This document shows, in pieces, positions 9,686-22,217 of a DNA stretch of 64,000 nucleotides. The position numbers and the translations under genes are program-made. Where the stretch lies: assembly GCA_900320095.1 (NCBI GenBank), contig ONQZ01000005.1, positions 31 to 64,030 on the forward strand, in the 5' to 3' direction. Positions within the stretch are counted from its first letter, which is position 1. Each line of letters starts with the position of its first letter. Below the pieces are notes generated by a model. The model was not told the origin of the DNA and made no database searches. It was given only the letters and a program-made list of their open reading frames with translations. The DNA is from an uncultured Lentisphaerota bacterium (GTDB taxonomy: Bacteria; Verrucomicrobiota; Lentisphaeria; Victivallales; UBA1829).

Positions 9686-10900
9686 TTATGTGTGCAGGAA
9701 TTTCGCCGCTTTCGCGCGGAATTCTGCCTGTTTCGGGTAGTTCGCGCCGGTCAGCCCGAGCGAAGCGATCGCCTTCTGCTGTTCGGCGGTCAGGCCGGAC
9801 GGGATCTCCACGAGGATGCGGACGATCTGGTCGCCCCTCGCGCCGCCCTTCAGCGCCGGTACGCCCTTTCCGCGCAGACGCAGCATCGTTCCGTTCTGCG
9901 TGCCGGGCGCGATCTTCATGCGTGTGCGGCCGGACACGGTCGGCACGTCCACGACGCCGCCCTGAAGCGCGCATTCAAGCGTGATCGGCAGTTCGCAGAT
10001 CAGGTCCTGGCCCTTGCGTTCGAAGACGGCGTGCGGGCGCAGTCCGATGATAACGTACAGGTTGCCCGCCGGACCGCCGCCCGTGCCGGGTTCGCCCTGG
10101 CCCGCGACGCGCAGCTTGGAGCCTTCGTCGACTCCGGGCGGGATATGGATCTGGAGCTCCCTGTCCACGCGCACCACGCCGCGTCCGCCGCAGCGCTTGC
10201 ACGGATGCAGGATCACGCTGCCGGTGCCGTGGCATGCCGGGCATGCCTCCTGCTGCTGGAAGAATCCCTGGCCGGACACGACGAAGCCCGAGCCGCCGCA
10301 GGACGGACAGGACTTGCGCGAGGAGCCGGGCTCCGCGCCCGATCCGCCGCAGGACGGACAGGTCTCGTCTTTGGCGAGGCGGATCTTCTTGTCCGCGCCG
10401 AGGATGGCATCCTCGAGGTCGATCTCCACGCGGCAGTTCAGGTCAGCGCCCTTGCGTGCGCCGGACGCCGAACGCCTCCGCGCGCTGCGGCCGTTTCTCA
10501 TGCCGCCGAGCAGGTCGTCGAACGAGAATCCGCCGTCGCCGCCGCCGAACACCTGGCTGAAGATGTCGCGCGGGTCGGAGAAGCCGTTGAAATTGAAGTT
10601 GGACGAGGAGAATCCGCCCGGACCTCCGCCTCCGCCGAAACCGCCCGCGCCGGGGCCGTAGCCCTGGCCTCCGGTCCGTTCGAAGAGATCGGGCCCGAAC
10701 TGGTCGTACTGCTTGCGCTTCTTCTCGTCGCTGAGGACTTCGTAGGCGCGGGAGACTTCCTTGAACTTCTCCTCGGCGGCCTTGTCCCCGGGGTTCTTGT
10801 CCGGATGGTATTTGACGGCGAGCTTGCGGTACGCTTTCTTGATCTCGTCCGCGGACGCCGTTTTGGATATTCCAAGTATGTCGTAATAATCCTTTGCCAT
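9686..10900 (-). CDS. dnaJ: molecular chaperone DnaJ
   Basis: J-domain [37 protein letters not shown], a G/F-rich region and four CxxCxGxG zinc-finger repeats. Confidence 0.97.
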   Translation of the reverse strand: MAKDYYDILGISKTASADEIKKAYRKLAVKYHPDKNPGDKAAEEKFKEVSRAYEVLSDEKKRKQYDQFGPDLFERTGGQGYGPGAGGFGGGGGPGGFSSSNFNFNGFSDPRDIFSQVFGGGDGGFSFDDLLGGMRNGRSARRRSASGARKGADLNCRVEIDLEDAILGADKKIRLAKDETCPSCGGSGAEPGSSRKSCPSCGGSGFVVSGQGFFQQQEACPACHGTGSVILHPCKRCGGRGVVRVDRELQIHIPPGVDEGSKLRVAGQGEPGTGGGPAGNLYVIIGLRPHAVFERKGQDLICELPITLECALQGGVVDVPTVSGRTRMKIAPGTQNGTMLRLRGKGVPALKGGARGDQIVRILVEIPSGLTAEQQKAIASLGLTGANYPKQAEFRAKAAKFLHT

Positions 10901-10981
10901 GTATGTTACCTCAAATTGCTGAAATACAGGGACCCGCCGCCGGCCTCCGGTCTCCCGGCGCGCCCGGCGGATCCGGCTTGC

Positions 10982-11665
10982 TTATTCTCCGTCCTTCTTT
11001 TCCGCGTCTTCGGCGGCGGCCGGGCCGGAGCTGACCACGACCATCGCGGGCTTCAGCAGACGCGTGCCGCACTGGTAGCCGCGGCTCCACTGGCGGATCA
11101 CGGTGCCGTTCGGCACGGTGTCGGAGGGCTCCTCGGCGACCGCCTCGTGCAGGGCGGGGTCGAACGGCTTTCCGGCGGCGTCGATCACGGTGATGTCGAG
11201 GTCGGCGAACGCCTTGTCGAATTCCTTCTGGATGATGTCCATGCCCTGAAGCAGCGATTCGAGCGAGCTGGATTTTCCGGCGGCGGCCACGGCCATCGTG
11301 AAATGGTCGAAGACCTGGAGGAACGGGAAGACGGTGTCCTGCGTGGTGTTGTAGCGCACATTCTCCATCTCCTTGGCGAGGCGCTTGCGCTGGTTGTCCA
11401 TCTCGGCGAGGGCGAGGAGGCGGAGACGCTCCGCCTCTTTCAGTTTTTCCTCGGTCTCCTTGAGCTTGGCTTCCAGCTTTTCGATCTTGGCGCATTCCGC
11501 CTCGTACTCGAAGTTCGCATCCGCCATCTTGGACGCCGCGGCCTGCGTCGCCTCGTCGAACGCCGCCTCGCCTTTCGGCTCCATGGTCGGCATTTCGCGC
11601 GCCTCGGCGGCCGCGTCGGCCTCTATTTTTTCGGCATGGTCGATACCGTGTTTCTTATTGTGCAT
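10982..11665 (-). CDS. grpE: nucleotide exchange factor GrpE
   Basis: Coiled-coil N-terminus followed by a GrpE core (YNTTQDTVFPFLQVFDHF...GYQCGTRLLKPAMVVV). Positioned directly upstream of dnaJ. Confidence 0.85.
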   Translation of the reverse strand: MHNKKHGIDHAEKIEADAAAEAREMPTMEPKGEAAFDEATQAAASKMADANFEYEAECAKIEKLEAKLKETEEKLKEAERLRLLALAEMDNQRKRLAKEMENVRYNTTQDTVFPFLQVFDHFTMAVAAAGKSSSLESLLQGMDIIQKEFDKAFADLDITVIDAAGKPFDPALHEAVAEEPSDTVPNGTVIRQWSRGYQCGTRLLKPAMVVVSSGPAAAEDAEKKDGE

Positions 11666-11724
11666 GATCTCTCTCCGGATTCAGAAATAATTGACGTTTT
11701 AATATAGCGTGCGAATCGTTTTTT

Positions 11725-14319
<2,595 letters not shown>

Positions 14320-14453
14320 AATCGCGACTCCTTTGTTTTTGACGGTTGATCTGATGTGTGTTGAATATGCCGGCTTCAATCAAGCAACTTGCGTGCCAAG
14401 AATTAAAATATTGTATGATCAACATGTTGCAACGTGGCTGACAACGGTTGATT

Positions 14454-14510
14454 GAGACAAAGTGTCTCATATTGATGTCTCATCTGCCCGTATGAAACTT
14501 TTGTCTCATA
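14454..14510. promoter_or_regulatory. candidate operator: GAGACA-N3-TGTCTC palindrome plus two further TGTCTCAT direct repeats in the clpB/gltA divergent intergenic region
   Basis: GAGACAaagTGTCTC lies at 14454-14468. TGTCTCAT recurs at 14463, 14476 and 14502 (spacings 13 and 26 nt). Confidence 0.3.
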
Positions 14511-14678
14511 TCGGTCTCTCTCCGGGGACTCCTGCCCGCTTTTCCTCCGCTTTCCTTAATTTATATTCGTTTTTCCGCTTGATTTTTCCGCGTATGGGGT
14601 GTACATTATTCAGTTTATATGTTTTTCATACAGTTCTGCAACCACGAACAGCCCGAACCAAACGAGAGAGGAGGCTGA

Positions 14679-15956
14679 ATGATGGCGAGTGAATTCGCGA
14701 CATTGTCCGTCAACGGACAGGAGATCAAGTTGCCGATTATTGTCGGGACCGAGGGCGAAAAGGCGATCGATATTACAGCCCTCCGCAAGACGACCGGCTG
14801 CCTGACGTTCGACCCCGGACTGATGAACACCGCGGTCTGCCGCAGCAGCATCACATACGTGAACGGAGAGAAGGGCATCCTGTGCTACCGCGGGATCCCG
14901 ATTGAGAAGCTTGTGGCGGACGAAAAACTCCGTTTCGTCCATGTGGCGTACCTGCTGGTCCACGGCAATCTGCCGAGCCCGGAGGAGGCGCGCGCGTTCT
15001 CCAAGCTCCTGAACGTCAACTCCCTGCTGCATGAGGACATGCGCCATTTCTTCGATCTGTATCCGCGCGGCGCGCACCCCATGCACATCCTCTCGACCAT
15101 GATCAACGCCCTCGCGGTGTTCTATCCGAACGTCGACCTGCTGTCGTTCCGCGAGGACATTGACACGTCGACGGCGCGCCTGATCTCCACGGTCCGCACG
15201 ATGGCGGCTTTCGCGTACAAGAAGAGCATCGGCGAACCGGTCGTATATCCGCGCTACGACCTGTCCTACTGCGCGAACTTCCTGAACATGATGTTCGACT
15301 CGCCGGTCATGCCGTACGAGATTTCCGAGGAGGCCGTGCGCGTCCTGAACGTCCTGCTGATCCTCCACGCCGACCACGAACAGAACTGCTCGACCACGAC
15401 CGTCCGCACGATCGGCAGCGCGCAGGTGAACCTGTACGCCACGATCTCCGCCGGCGTGTCCGCGCTGTCCGGCCCGCTTCACGGCGGCGCCAACCAGGAG
15501 GTCATCGAGATGTTCCGCCGCATCGAGCACGACGGCAACGTGAAGCGGTTCTTCGACCGCGTGAAGGACCACAACAATCCGGAGCGCCTCATGGGCTTCG
15601 GGCACCGCGTGTACAAGACGTTCGATCCGCGCGCAAAGATCATCAAGGCGGAGTGCGAAAAGTATTTCTCGAAGCGCCGCGTGACCGATCCGCTGCTCCA
15701 GGTGGCGTTCGAGGTCGAAAAGGCCGCCCTCAGCGACGACTATTTCGTCTCGCGCAACCTCTACCCGAACGTCGACTTCTACTCCGGCATCCTCTACCGC
15801 GCGCTTGGCATCCCGGAGAAGATGTTCACCGTGATGTTCGCGCTGGCGCGCCTGCCCGGCTGGATCGCCCACTGGCGCGAGATGATCGGCATGAACACCA
15901 AGATCGTGCGCCCGCGTCAGGTGTATGTCGGAAAAAAATGTGACATCAAGGCTTGA
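14679..15956 (+). CDS. gltA: citrate synthase
   Basis: LILHADHEQNCST, GPLHGGAN and GFGHRVYKTFDPRA signature blocks. Confidence 0.95.
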   Translation: MMASEFATLSVNGQEIKLPIIVGTEGEKAIDITALRKTTGCLTFDPGLMNTAVCRSSITYVNGEKGILCYRGIPIEKLVADEKLRFVHVAYLLVHGNLPSPEEARAFSKLLNVNSLLHEDMRHFFDLYPRGAHPMHILSTMINALAVFYPNVDLLSFREDIDTSTARLISTVRTMAAFAYKKSIGEPVVYPRYDLSYCANFLNMMFDSPVMPYEISEEAVRVLNVLLILHADHEQNCSTTTVRTIGSAQVNLYATISAGVSALSGPLHGGANQEVIEMFRRIEHDGNVKRFFDRVKDHNNPERLMGFGHRVYKTFDPRAKIIKAECEKYFSKRRVTDPLLQVAFEVEKAALSDDYFVSRNLYPNVDFYSGILYRALGIPEKMFTVMFALARLPGWIAHWREMIGMNTKIVRPRQVYVGKKCDIKA

Positions 15957-16039
15957 AAACACTGCTTTTGCGGTGTAAATTACTCACCGGAATACAAATC
16001 AAACAATTGTTTTTGAATAAAAACCGAAAGGAAACAACC

Positions 16040-16720
16040 ATGAAACTGTTCTCCATTCTGACGGCCGCCGCATGCGCACTGGTCGTTTCGGCATGCGCTT
16101 CGACTCCGGAACCGACCGATGAACGCGTCCACGTGATCGAAGCGGACGGCGCGGCGGATATCCAGCCCGGCAACATCTACATCTCGGCGGATGCCGCGAA
16201 GATCTTCACGTTCCGCGACGCCGAGAGCGAGATCAACGAAAACGGCTATCTCGCCGTGCGCGTTTCCGGCACGACGCCCGAGCTTTCCGCCCTGAAGTGG
16301 GCGTTCTTCGGCGACGTCGACTACGAGTTCGCCTACCGCTTCTACTGGCTCGACGCCGACGGCAATCTCGTTCCCGAGCAGGAATCCTATCGTCTCCGTT
16401 CGACCATCCCCGGCGATCCCGTGCGTTTCGTCGGCCACGCTCCGACCGAGGAAGTCCGCAGCTTTGCCATGAGCCTGTTCACTGCTTCCGAAAAGCCCGT
16501 CTCCGACGGCGTGGAACCCGCCGACGGGGAAGCCGATGAAGCCGCGGAAGCCGATGCCGAAACCGATGCCGCCGAGGCCGAAGGGGAAAAGATCAAGGAA
16601 ATCCTCCCCGAACTTCCCGAGCAGAACGTTTCCGGCGACAAGCAGGACGTCAAGGTCATCGGCATCTCGGACAAGGACGCCGACTCCGTTCCGAAGGCCG
16701 TCCCCACCAAAAAAGAATGA
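16040..16720 (+). CDS. putative lipoprotein (possibly YcfL/DUF1425-like) with acidic C-terminal tail
   Basis: MKLFSILTAAACALVVSAC contains a lipobox. The FAYRFYWLDADGN block resembles YcfL-type lipoproteins (from memory, unverified). The 5' part of the track ORF (15953) was discarded. Confidence 0.55.
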   Translation: MKLFSILTAAACALVVSACASTPEPTDERVHVIEADGAADIQPGNIYISADAAKIFTFRDAESEINENGYLAVRVSGTTPELSALKWAFFGDVDYEFAYRFYWLDADGNLVPEQESYRLRSTIPGDPVRFVGHAPTEEVRSFAMSLFTASEKPVSDGVEPADGEADEAAEADAETDAAEAEGEKIKEILPELPEQNVSGDKQDVKVIGISDKDADSVPKAVPTKKE

Positions 16721-16752
16721 CCCTGTCACGCACCGATTTGGACTGACTGAAC

Positions 16753-17130
16753 ATGATCGAACTTGATTTCAAGAAGAGCGGCGGACTCATCCCCGCCATC
16801 GCCCAGGACTGGAAGACCGGCGAGGTCCTCATGCTCGCCTACATCAACGAGGAATCCTGGAAAGAGACCCTCAAGACCGGACACGGCGTCTACTGGTCCC
16901 GTTCCCGCTCCAAACTCTGGCACAAGGGCGAAGAATCCGGCAACGTGCAGATCGTGAAGGAGATCCTGGTGGACTGCGACGCGGACACCGTGATCTTCAA
17001 GGTCGAGCAGGTCGGCGGCGCCGCCTGCCACGAAGGCTATCACACCTGCTTCTTCCGCAAGGTCGTCGGCGACAATCTGGAAGTCGTTGGAGAACGCGTC
17101 TTTGATCCCAAAAAAGTTTACAAAAAGTGA
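16753..17130 (+). CDS. hisI: phosphoribosyl-AMP cyclohydrolase
   Basis: GLIPAIAQD...[11 protein letters not shown]...[18 protein letters not shown]...DCDADT...CH match the HisI family. Confidence 0.9.
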   Translation: MIELDFKKSGGLIPAIAQDWKTGEVLMLAYINEESWKETLKTGHGVYWSRSRSKLWHKGEESGNVQIVKEILVDCDADTVIFKVEQVGGAACHEGYHTCFFRKVVGDNLEVVGERVFDPKKVYKK

Positions 17131-19000
17131 ACTGATCGCCGGAGCCGCCAGGGAGTTCCCCGGCATTGAGCTCGTCTCCGACGCCGTCTGGGCGGACCAC
17201 ACCTCCCTCGGCGCGGGCTCCGGCACATTTCTGTACGCCCGCGTCACCGATCCCGGCGTCACGCTCGAATTCCTGCGCTACATCCTCAGCGCCGGATGGA
17301 TCGCGCGCCCGCTCGGCGCGGGCACGAACCTGGTCGGCTCCGACGAACCGACCGACGGCACCGTCTACCTCAAGCCGTCCGGCGTCCTGGCAGAAGTCAC
17401 ATGCTCGGACGAGGGCCTCTGCACGGCGGGCGCGGGCACGAAGCTCACGGCTGTCCTGAACGAAGCGCTGAAGCACGGTTTCGGCGGCGCGGCGGGCCTC
17501 TGCGGCATCCCCGGCTCCATCGGCGGCGGCCTGCACATGAACGCCGGCGCGAACGGCCAGACCATTTCCGATTTCCTGCTGGACATGACGCTGCTCGACC
17601 TTGAGACCGCGTCCGTGTCCGTCGTCCCGAAGAACGCCTATCTCTGGCGCTACCGCGACTCCGGCATCCCGGAGAACATCATGGTCATGTCCGCCCGGTT
17701 CCGGTTCCGTCCGGTCGATCCCGCGGCGGAAAAAGCCGCCATGGACGCGGAGCACGAACGCCGCCGCCAGTCGCCCCAGGGGCGCAGCGCCGGCTCGATC
17801 TTCCGCAATCCCGCGCCCGAACTCTACGCGGGCCGTCTGCTGGAATCCGCCGGGATGAAGGGCAAGCGCTGCGGCGCGTTCGAGGTGTCTCCGGTCCACG
17901 CGAACTGGATCGTGCGCGACGCCTCGCCGTCTCCCGAGCTCCTGGCGCATTCCGGCCACGACTGCTACGAACTCATCCGCGCCATGCGCGGCGCGGTTTT
18001 CCGGCATTCCAACATCATCCTTCAACCCGAGGTCAAATCGATTAACATGAAAGAACAGGCGGCGGCCATGTGTCAGCAGAAACCCCTCGACATCCTCGTC
18101 CTCATGGGCGGGGCCAGCTCCGAACGCGAAATCTCGCTTCAGTCCGCGGCGAACGTCGCCAAGGCGCTCCGCGACGCCGGACACAACGTCACCACGTACG
18201 ACATCACGAAGCCGGAGATCACCGACCGGATGCGTGCCGCGGACGTCGTTTACCCCGTGCTCCACGGCGGATTCGGCGAGGACGGCACGATCCAGGCGCT
18301 CATGGAACAGGCCGGGATCCCGTTCGTCGGCGGTTCCGCCGAAGCCTGCCGCATCGTGATGGACAAGTTCGAGTCCAAGCGCGTGATGGACCAGGCGGGC
18401 ATCCGCAATGCCGCCTACGCGCTGATCGACGACCCCGAGGCGGAGATCCCCGCCGGGATGACGCTGCCGCTGATCGTGAAGCCGAATTCCGAAGGCTCCA
18501 CGTTCGGGCTGTCGCTCGTGCGCGATGCCTCCGAATGGAAGTTCGCGATCTCGACCGCGCTCAAATACGATAAGCGCGTGCTCGTCGAGGAGTTCATCGC
18601 CGGGACCGAGGCCACGGTCGGCGTCGTCCTCGGCGAAGTCTACCCCGTCGTCGAGATCCAGCACCCCGGCACCCTCTACGACTACGACGCCAAGTACACC
18701 CACGCGCAGGGCGAGACCAAGTATTTCTGCCCGCCGGTCACCATCGACCCGGCCGTCCAGAAGGAGATCGGCGCCGCCGCGCTGAAGTTCGCGCAGGCGG
18801 TCGGCAACACCACCCTCATCCGCATTGACGTCATCGTGCGCGACTCCGACAAGGCGGTGTTCATGCTCGAGGGCAACAGCCTCCCCGGATTCACGGCGTC
18901 CAGCCTGTTGCCGAAGTCGATCGCGGTCGTCGGGCGCACCTCCGCTGAGGTCTGCTCCGCGCTGGCGTACGCCGCCTACGGTCACGGGAAGAAAGCTTAA
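17087..19000 (+). CDS. murB-ddl: bifunctional UDP-N-acetylenolpyruvoylglucosamine reductase / D-alanine--D-alanine ligase (MurB-Ddl fusion)
   Basis: The N-terminal ~320 aa are MurB-like ([19 protein letters not shown]). The C-terminal ~310 aa are Ddl-like ([41 protein letters not shown]). It is one uninterrupted ORF. The start is uncertain (TTG 17087 or TTG 17102), and both overlap the end of hisI. Confidence 0.85.
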   Translation: MENASLIPKKFTKSELIAGAAREFPGIELVSDAVWADHTSLGAGSGTFLYARVTDPGVTLEFLRYILSAGWIARPLGAGTNLVGSDEPTDGTVYLKPSGVLAEVTCSDEGLCTAGAGTKLTAVLNEALKHGFGGAAGLCGIPGSIGGGLHMNAGANGQTISDFLLDMTLLDLETASVSVVPKNAYLWRYRDSGIPENIMVMSARFRFRPVDPAAEKAAMDAEHERRRQSPQGRSAGSIFRNPAPELYAGRLLESAGMKGKRCGAFEVSPVHANWIVRDASPSPELLAHSGHDCYELIRAMRGAVFRHSNIILQPEVKSINMKEQAAAMCQQKPLDILVLMGGASSEREISLQSAANVAKALRDAGHNVTTYDITKPEITDRMRAADVVYPVLHGGFGEDGTIQALMEQAGIPFVGGSAEACRIVMDKFESKRVMDQAGIRNAAYALIDDPEAEIPAGMTLPLIVKPNSEGSTFGLSLVRDASEWKFAISTALKYDKRVLVEEFIAGTEATVGVVLGEVYPVVEIQHPGTLYDYDAKYTHAQGETKYFCPPVTIDPAVQKEIGAAALKFAQAVGNTTLIRIDVIVRDSDKAVFMLEGNSLPGFTASSLLPKSIAVVGRTSAEVCSALAYAAYGHGKKA

Positions 19001-19087
19001 ACAAGAAAGCTCTTTGCTCTACGGTCTTTCAAACTCCCGGATGTGCTGAAAAACGTTCGGGAGTTTTTACTTTTCCAAGGATAACCC

Positions 19088-19858
19088 ATGCAGCCCGATC
19101 CCGAATACATTATGCTTGACCTGCCGGACGGCATGCCGCCCGTCTGCTGCGCGGTCCGCCGTTCGCTGAAGGCAAAACGTTTCTTCCTGCGCGTCACGCC
19201 GCATCCCTTTTCTGTGCAGCTGGTGATCCCGAAACGGCGGTCCGTGGCGTCTGCGCGGAAGTTCGCGGAGAGCAAGACCGCGTGGCTGGCCGCGACCATC
19301 CGCCGTCTCGCGCCCGAACCCGGCGCGATGCCCCGCGGGCCGGATGCGCCGAGGCGGATCCCGTCCGAAATCGAACTGCGCCTGACTGGAGAGCGCCTGC
19401 AGATCACGGTCGAGGAAGCGCCCGGCGCGGAAACGGTCCGGTGCTGGTACGATCCGCTGTTCAAGCAGATCGCCATGCGGGGCGATCCGGCGGACGGGAA
19501 AGGGTTCGCGCAGGCGTTTCTGTCCGTGCTGACGCAGCTGGCGGAACCTGTCCTGACCGCCCGAATCCGCGCTCATGCGGCGGCGCTTGGTCTCCCGGAG
19601 TTCCGTGTGCTGGTGCATCCTCAGAGATCGCGCTGGGGGAGCTGTTCCGTCACGGGGAAAGTCACGCTGAACACCCTGCTGATGCTGTTCCCGCCGGAGG
19701 TCGTGGACTACGTGATCCTGCACGAACTCTGTCACAAGTTCGAGATGAACCATTCCGAACGGTTCAAGGACAAAATGGACGACCTGTGTCCGGACTGGCG
19801 CGAACGCGACGCCCTGCTGCGGCAGTGCGCGAAACAGCTCCCGGATTTTCTTCTTTGA
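19088..19858 (+). CDS. YgjP-like (DUF45) zinc metallohydrolase
   Basis: The HELCHKFEMNHSERF motif (HExxH...NHS) and the ~250 aa length are typical of the family. Confidence 0.75.
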   Translation: MQPDPEYIMLDLPDGMPPVCCAVRRSLKAKRFFLRVTPHPFSVQLVIPKRRSVASARKFAESKTAWLAATIRRLAPEPGAMPRGPDAPRRIPSEIELRLTGERLQITVEEAPGAETVRCWYDPLFKQIAMRGDPADGKGFAQAFLSVLTQLAEPVLTARIRAHAAALGLPEFRVLVHPQRSRWGSCSVTGKVTLNTLLMLFPPEVVDYVILHELCHKFEMNHSERFKDKMDDLCPDWRERDALLRQCAKQLPDFLL

Positions 19859-19971
19859 AAAAGACGGTTTCCGGTTGAAAAAAACCGTACCACCTGTATA
19901 GTAGATAAGACGGTTTCGCGCCGTTTCATTTTGAACTTATTATCTGGAAAACATTTTGCAAGGAGGTTTTC

Positions 19972-20481
19972 ATGGATTTTTACGATGTGATCGAAGCCCG
20001 GCGCAGTGTCCGCGGCTATCTTGACAAAAACGTCCCGGACGAAGCGATCGCGAAGATTTCGCGCGCCGTTCAGCTCGCCCCGACAGCCTGCAACCGCCAG
20101 CCCTTTCAGCTGTTTCTGTTCCGCACCCCCGCCGCCCGTGCGAAGATCTGCGAAAAGATCATGTTCCCGTGGCTGAAGGAAGCGCCCGTCGTGGCGGTGC
20201 TGGCGGGGAACGCCTCCGCCGCGTGGGAACGTCCCGACGGCGGATCCATCGTGGACGTCGACGCGTCGATCGTGATGGAGCATTTCGTGCTTGCGGCGAC
20301 GGCGGAAGGGCTCGGCACATGCTGGATCTGCTGCTACAACCGCGCCGAAGTCGACGCCGCGGCCGGGATCGCCGCCCCGTGGCGGTCCGTCGCGGTCTCG
20401 CCGCTCGGATTTGGCAAGGAAAACGCCTGCCGTCCGCGTAACGTGAAACCCGTTGACGAGCTCGTGAAGGTGATCGGATGA
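19972..20481 (+). CDS. nitroreductase family protein
   Basis: The N-terminal FYDVIEARRSVRGY and overall ~170 aa size fit the nitroreductase fold family. Confidence 0.8.
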   Translation: MDFYDVIEARRSVRGYLDKNVPDEAIAKISRAVQLAPTACNRQPFQLFLFRTPAARAKICEKIMFPWLKEAPVVAVLAGNASAAWERPDGGSIVDVDASIVMEHFVLAATAEGLGTCWICCYNRAEVDAAAGIAAPWRSVAVSPLGFGKENACRPRNVKPVDELVKVIG

Positions 20482-21539
20482 ACTACAGACAATTTGAACA
20501 GACGCCCGACGGGCTCTGGCGGCTCGGCGGCGAAGGCGTCGGCTTCGAGCTGGACAAGCCCGCGGCCGGACTCTTCACGCTGACGCCGTTCGACGGCCTC
20601 ACCGTCACCTCGCGGGAGGCGGTCCCCGGCGAATATCCCGAGTCCATGGCGCTCGCCGGACTCCGCCGTCCGCATCACTCCGACGACGGCGCGGAGGTCT
20701 CCTTCGACAGCGAAAGCCGCATCCCGTTCGGCATCCCGACCGTGATCACGCATCACTACAAGCTCGACGATACTTCGCTTGCCGTTCAGACCGGATTCGA
20801 GCTGCCGCACTCGTTCGAGCTCCGCAGCCTCACGGCGGGCGGCCTGCGGTTCCACGGATCCATCGCCGCGTATGCCGTCGTGAAGACTCCGTCCGCCGAG
20901 GGCATCGTGAAGGAACCAGCCATGACGCCGTTCGACGGTTCCGATGCCGAGCTCTACAAGGGCGCCACGCCGCCGCTCGCGGTCCTGTTCCGCCTCGCCG
21001 ACGGCCGCGTCGTGCGCTTCGAGACCGGCAAGGACATCTGGCGCTGGGCGAACGCCGCCCGCATCGGCGACGGCACGTCCACGTTTATCGTCCGCAGCGA
21101 AGGCGGCGACCTGATCTGCACCTGGAGCCTGTACGTTTTCTCTCCGTCCGACGCGGAAACGCCGCCTCCGCCGGGCCGCAACTGGAACATCACCTGGTCG
21201 GTCCAATGGGGCGATCCCGCCGCCGCAGACGCAAAAAAATACGCCGACGTGCTGGACCTGCGCGCCGAATGCGACGAATGCGCCTGCGCCCAGGCCACTG
21301 AAAACTACCTGAAAAAGTGGGTGCGGACGCGTCTCGCTTCCGCGAAGGAAGGCGACGTCTTCGCCATCGCGATCGGCGGAGGACGCTTCTGCCGCCGTGC
21401 AGGTCACCTCGACCGCGGCCGCAAGAAAGATCTGCCGCACTGGGATCTGCCCGCGCTCCGGGAATTCGCCCGCTGGGCGAACCGCCAGCTGCGGAAATCC
21501 GGCGCGTCGCTGGTTTTGATTGATGGAAAGGATGCCTGA
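20478..21539 (+). CDS. hypothetical protein
   Basis: 353-aa ORF with host-like high-GC3 codon usage and an ATGA overlap with the upstream gene. No recognisable family. Confidence 0.55.
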   Translation: MNYRQFEQTPDGLWRLGGEGVGFELDKPAAGLFTLTPFDGLTVTSREAVPGEYPESMALAGLRRPHHSDDGAEVSFDSESRIPFGIPTVITHHYKLDDTSLAVQTGFELPHSFELRSLTAGGLRFHGSIAAYAVVKTPSAEGIVKEPAMTPFDGSDAELYKGATPPLAVLFRLADGRVVRFETGKDIWRWANAARIGDGTSTFIVRSEGGDLICTWSLYVFSPSDAETPPPPGRNWNITWSVQWGDPAAADAKKYADVLDLRAECDECACAQATENYLKKWVRTRLASAKEGDVFAIAIGGGRFCRRAGHLDRGRKKDLPHWDLPALREFARWANRQLRKSGASLVLIDGKDA

Positions 21540-21542
21540 CCC

Positions 21543-22214
21543 ATGCTGAACGCGGCTTTGGATTTTTCGTGCGGCGAGCTTTCGTTTGCGGCCGTGTATC
21601 CGTGCGGCCATGCCGCCGCTTCGTTCCAGGTCGATCTGCCCGGACGCGATTCCTCCTCGCTCCCGATCCTCGTCGGCAACGCGCTGGTGGAGGCGGGATT
21701 CACGTACGACGACATCAGCACGTGGACGGTCGGGACTGGCCCCGGTTCCTTTACCGCTCTGCGTGTGGCGGCGGCGTTCGTGCTCGGCGCGTCGCGCGGC
21801 AGGAACCAGACCGTGCGAGGGATCCCGTCCGCGTGCGGCTTCGAGGGCGAAACGTCATTCGGCGACCGTGTCCTGGTGCTGTACGACGGACGCAAACACG
21901 AACTGCTCGGCTTCGGGCTGAAACGCGACGGCTGTTTCTGGATCCCGGACGGCTGGCAGGGCGTGCTGGAGACCCCGGACAAGCTTGCCGAACTGCGTGG
22001 CTCCTACGACACCTTCACGGCCAGTCCGCACGACATCGAAGCCGTCCGCCTGTTCGATCCGTCGCTCCCCGTGGTCCTCTCTCCACACGTGAATGCCGCC
22101 ACGCTCGCGAACATCCCGCCCGGCGTCTGCGACATGCCGCCCACGGAGCTGATCTATCTGCGTCCCGCGGTCTTCGTCGACCCGAAGCCCATCCGCACAT
22201 TTCCCGGAGCCTGA
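21543..22214 (+). CDS. tsaB: tRNA t6A37 threonylcarbamoyltransferase complex subunit TsaB
   Basis: The GTGPGSFTALRVAAAF motif (GPGSFTGLRI-type) in a ~220 aa protein. Confidence 0.7.
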   Translation: MLNAALDFSCGELSFAAVYPCGHAAASFQVDLPGRDSSSLPILVGNALVEAGFTYDDISTWTVGTGPGSFTALRVAAAFVLGASRGRNQTVRGIPSACGFEGETSFGDRVLVLYDGRKHELLGFGLKRDGCFWIPDGWQGVLETPDKLAELRGSYDTFTASPHDIEAVRLFDPSLPVVLSPHVNAATLANIPPGVCDMPPTELIYLRPAVFVDPKPIRTFPGA

Positions 22215-22217
22215 CGC

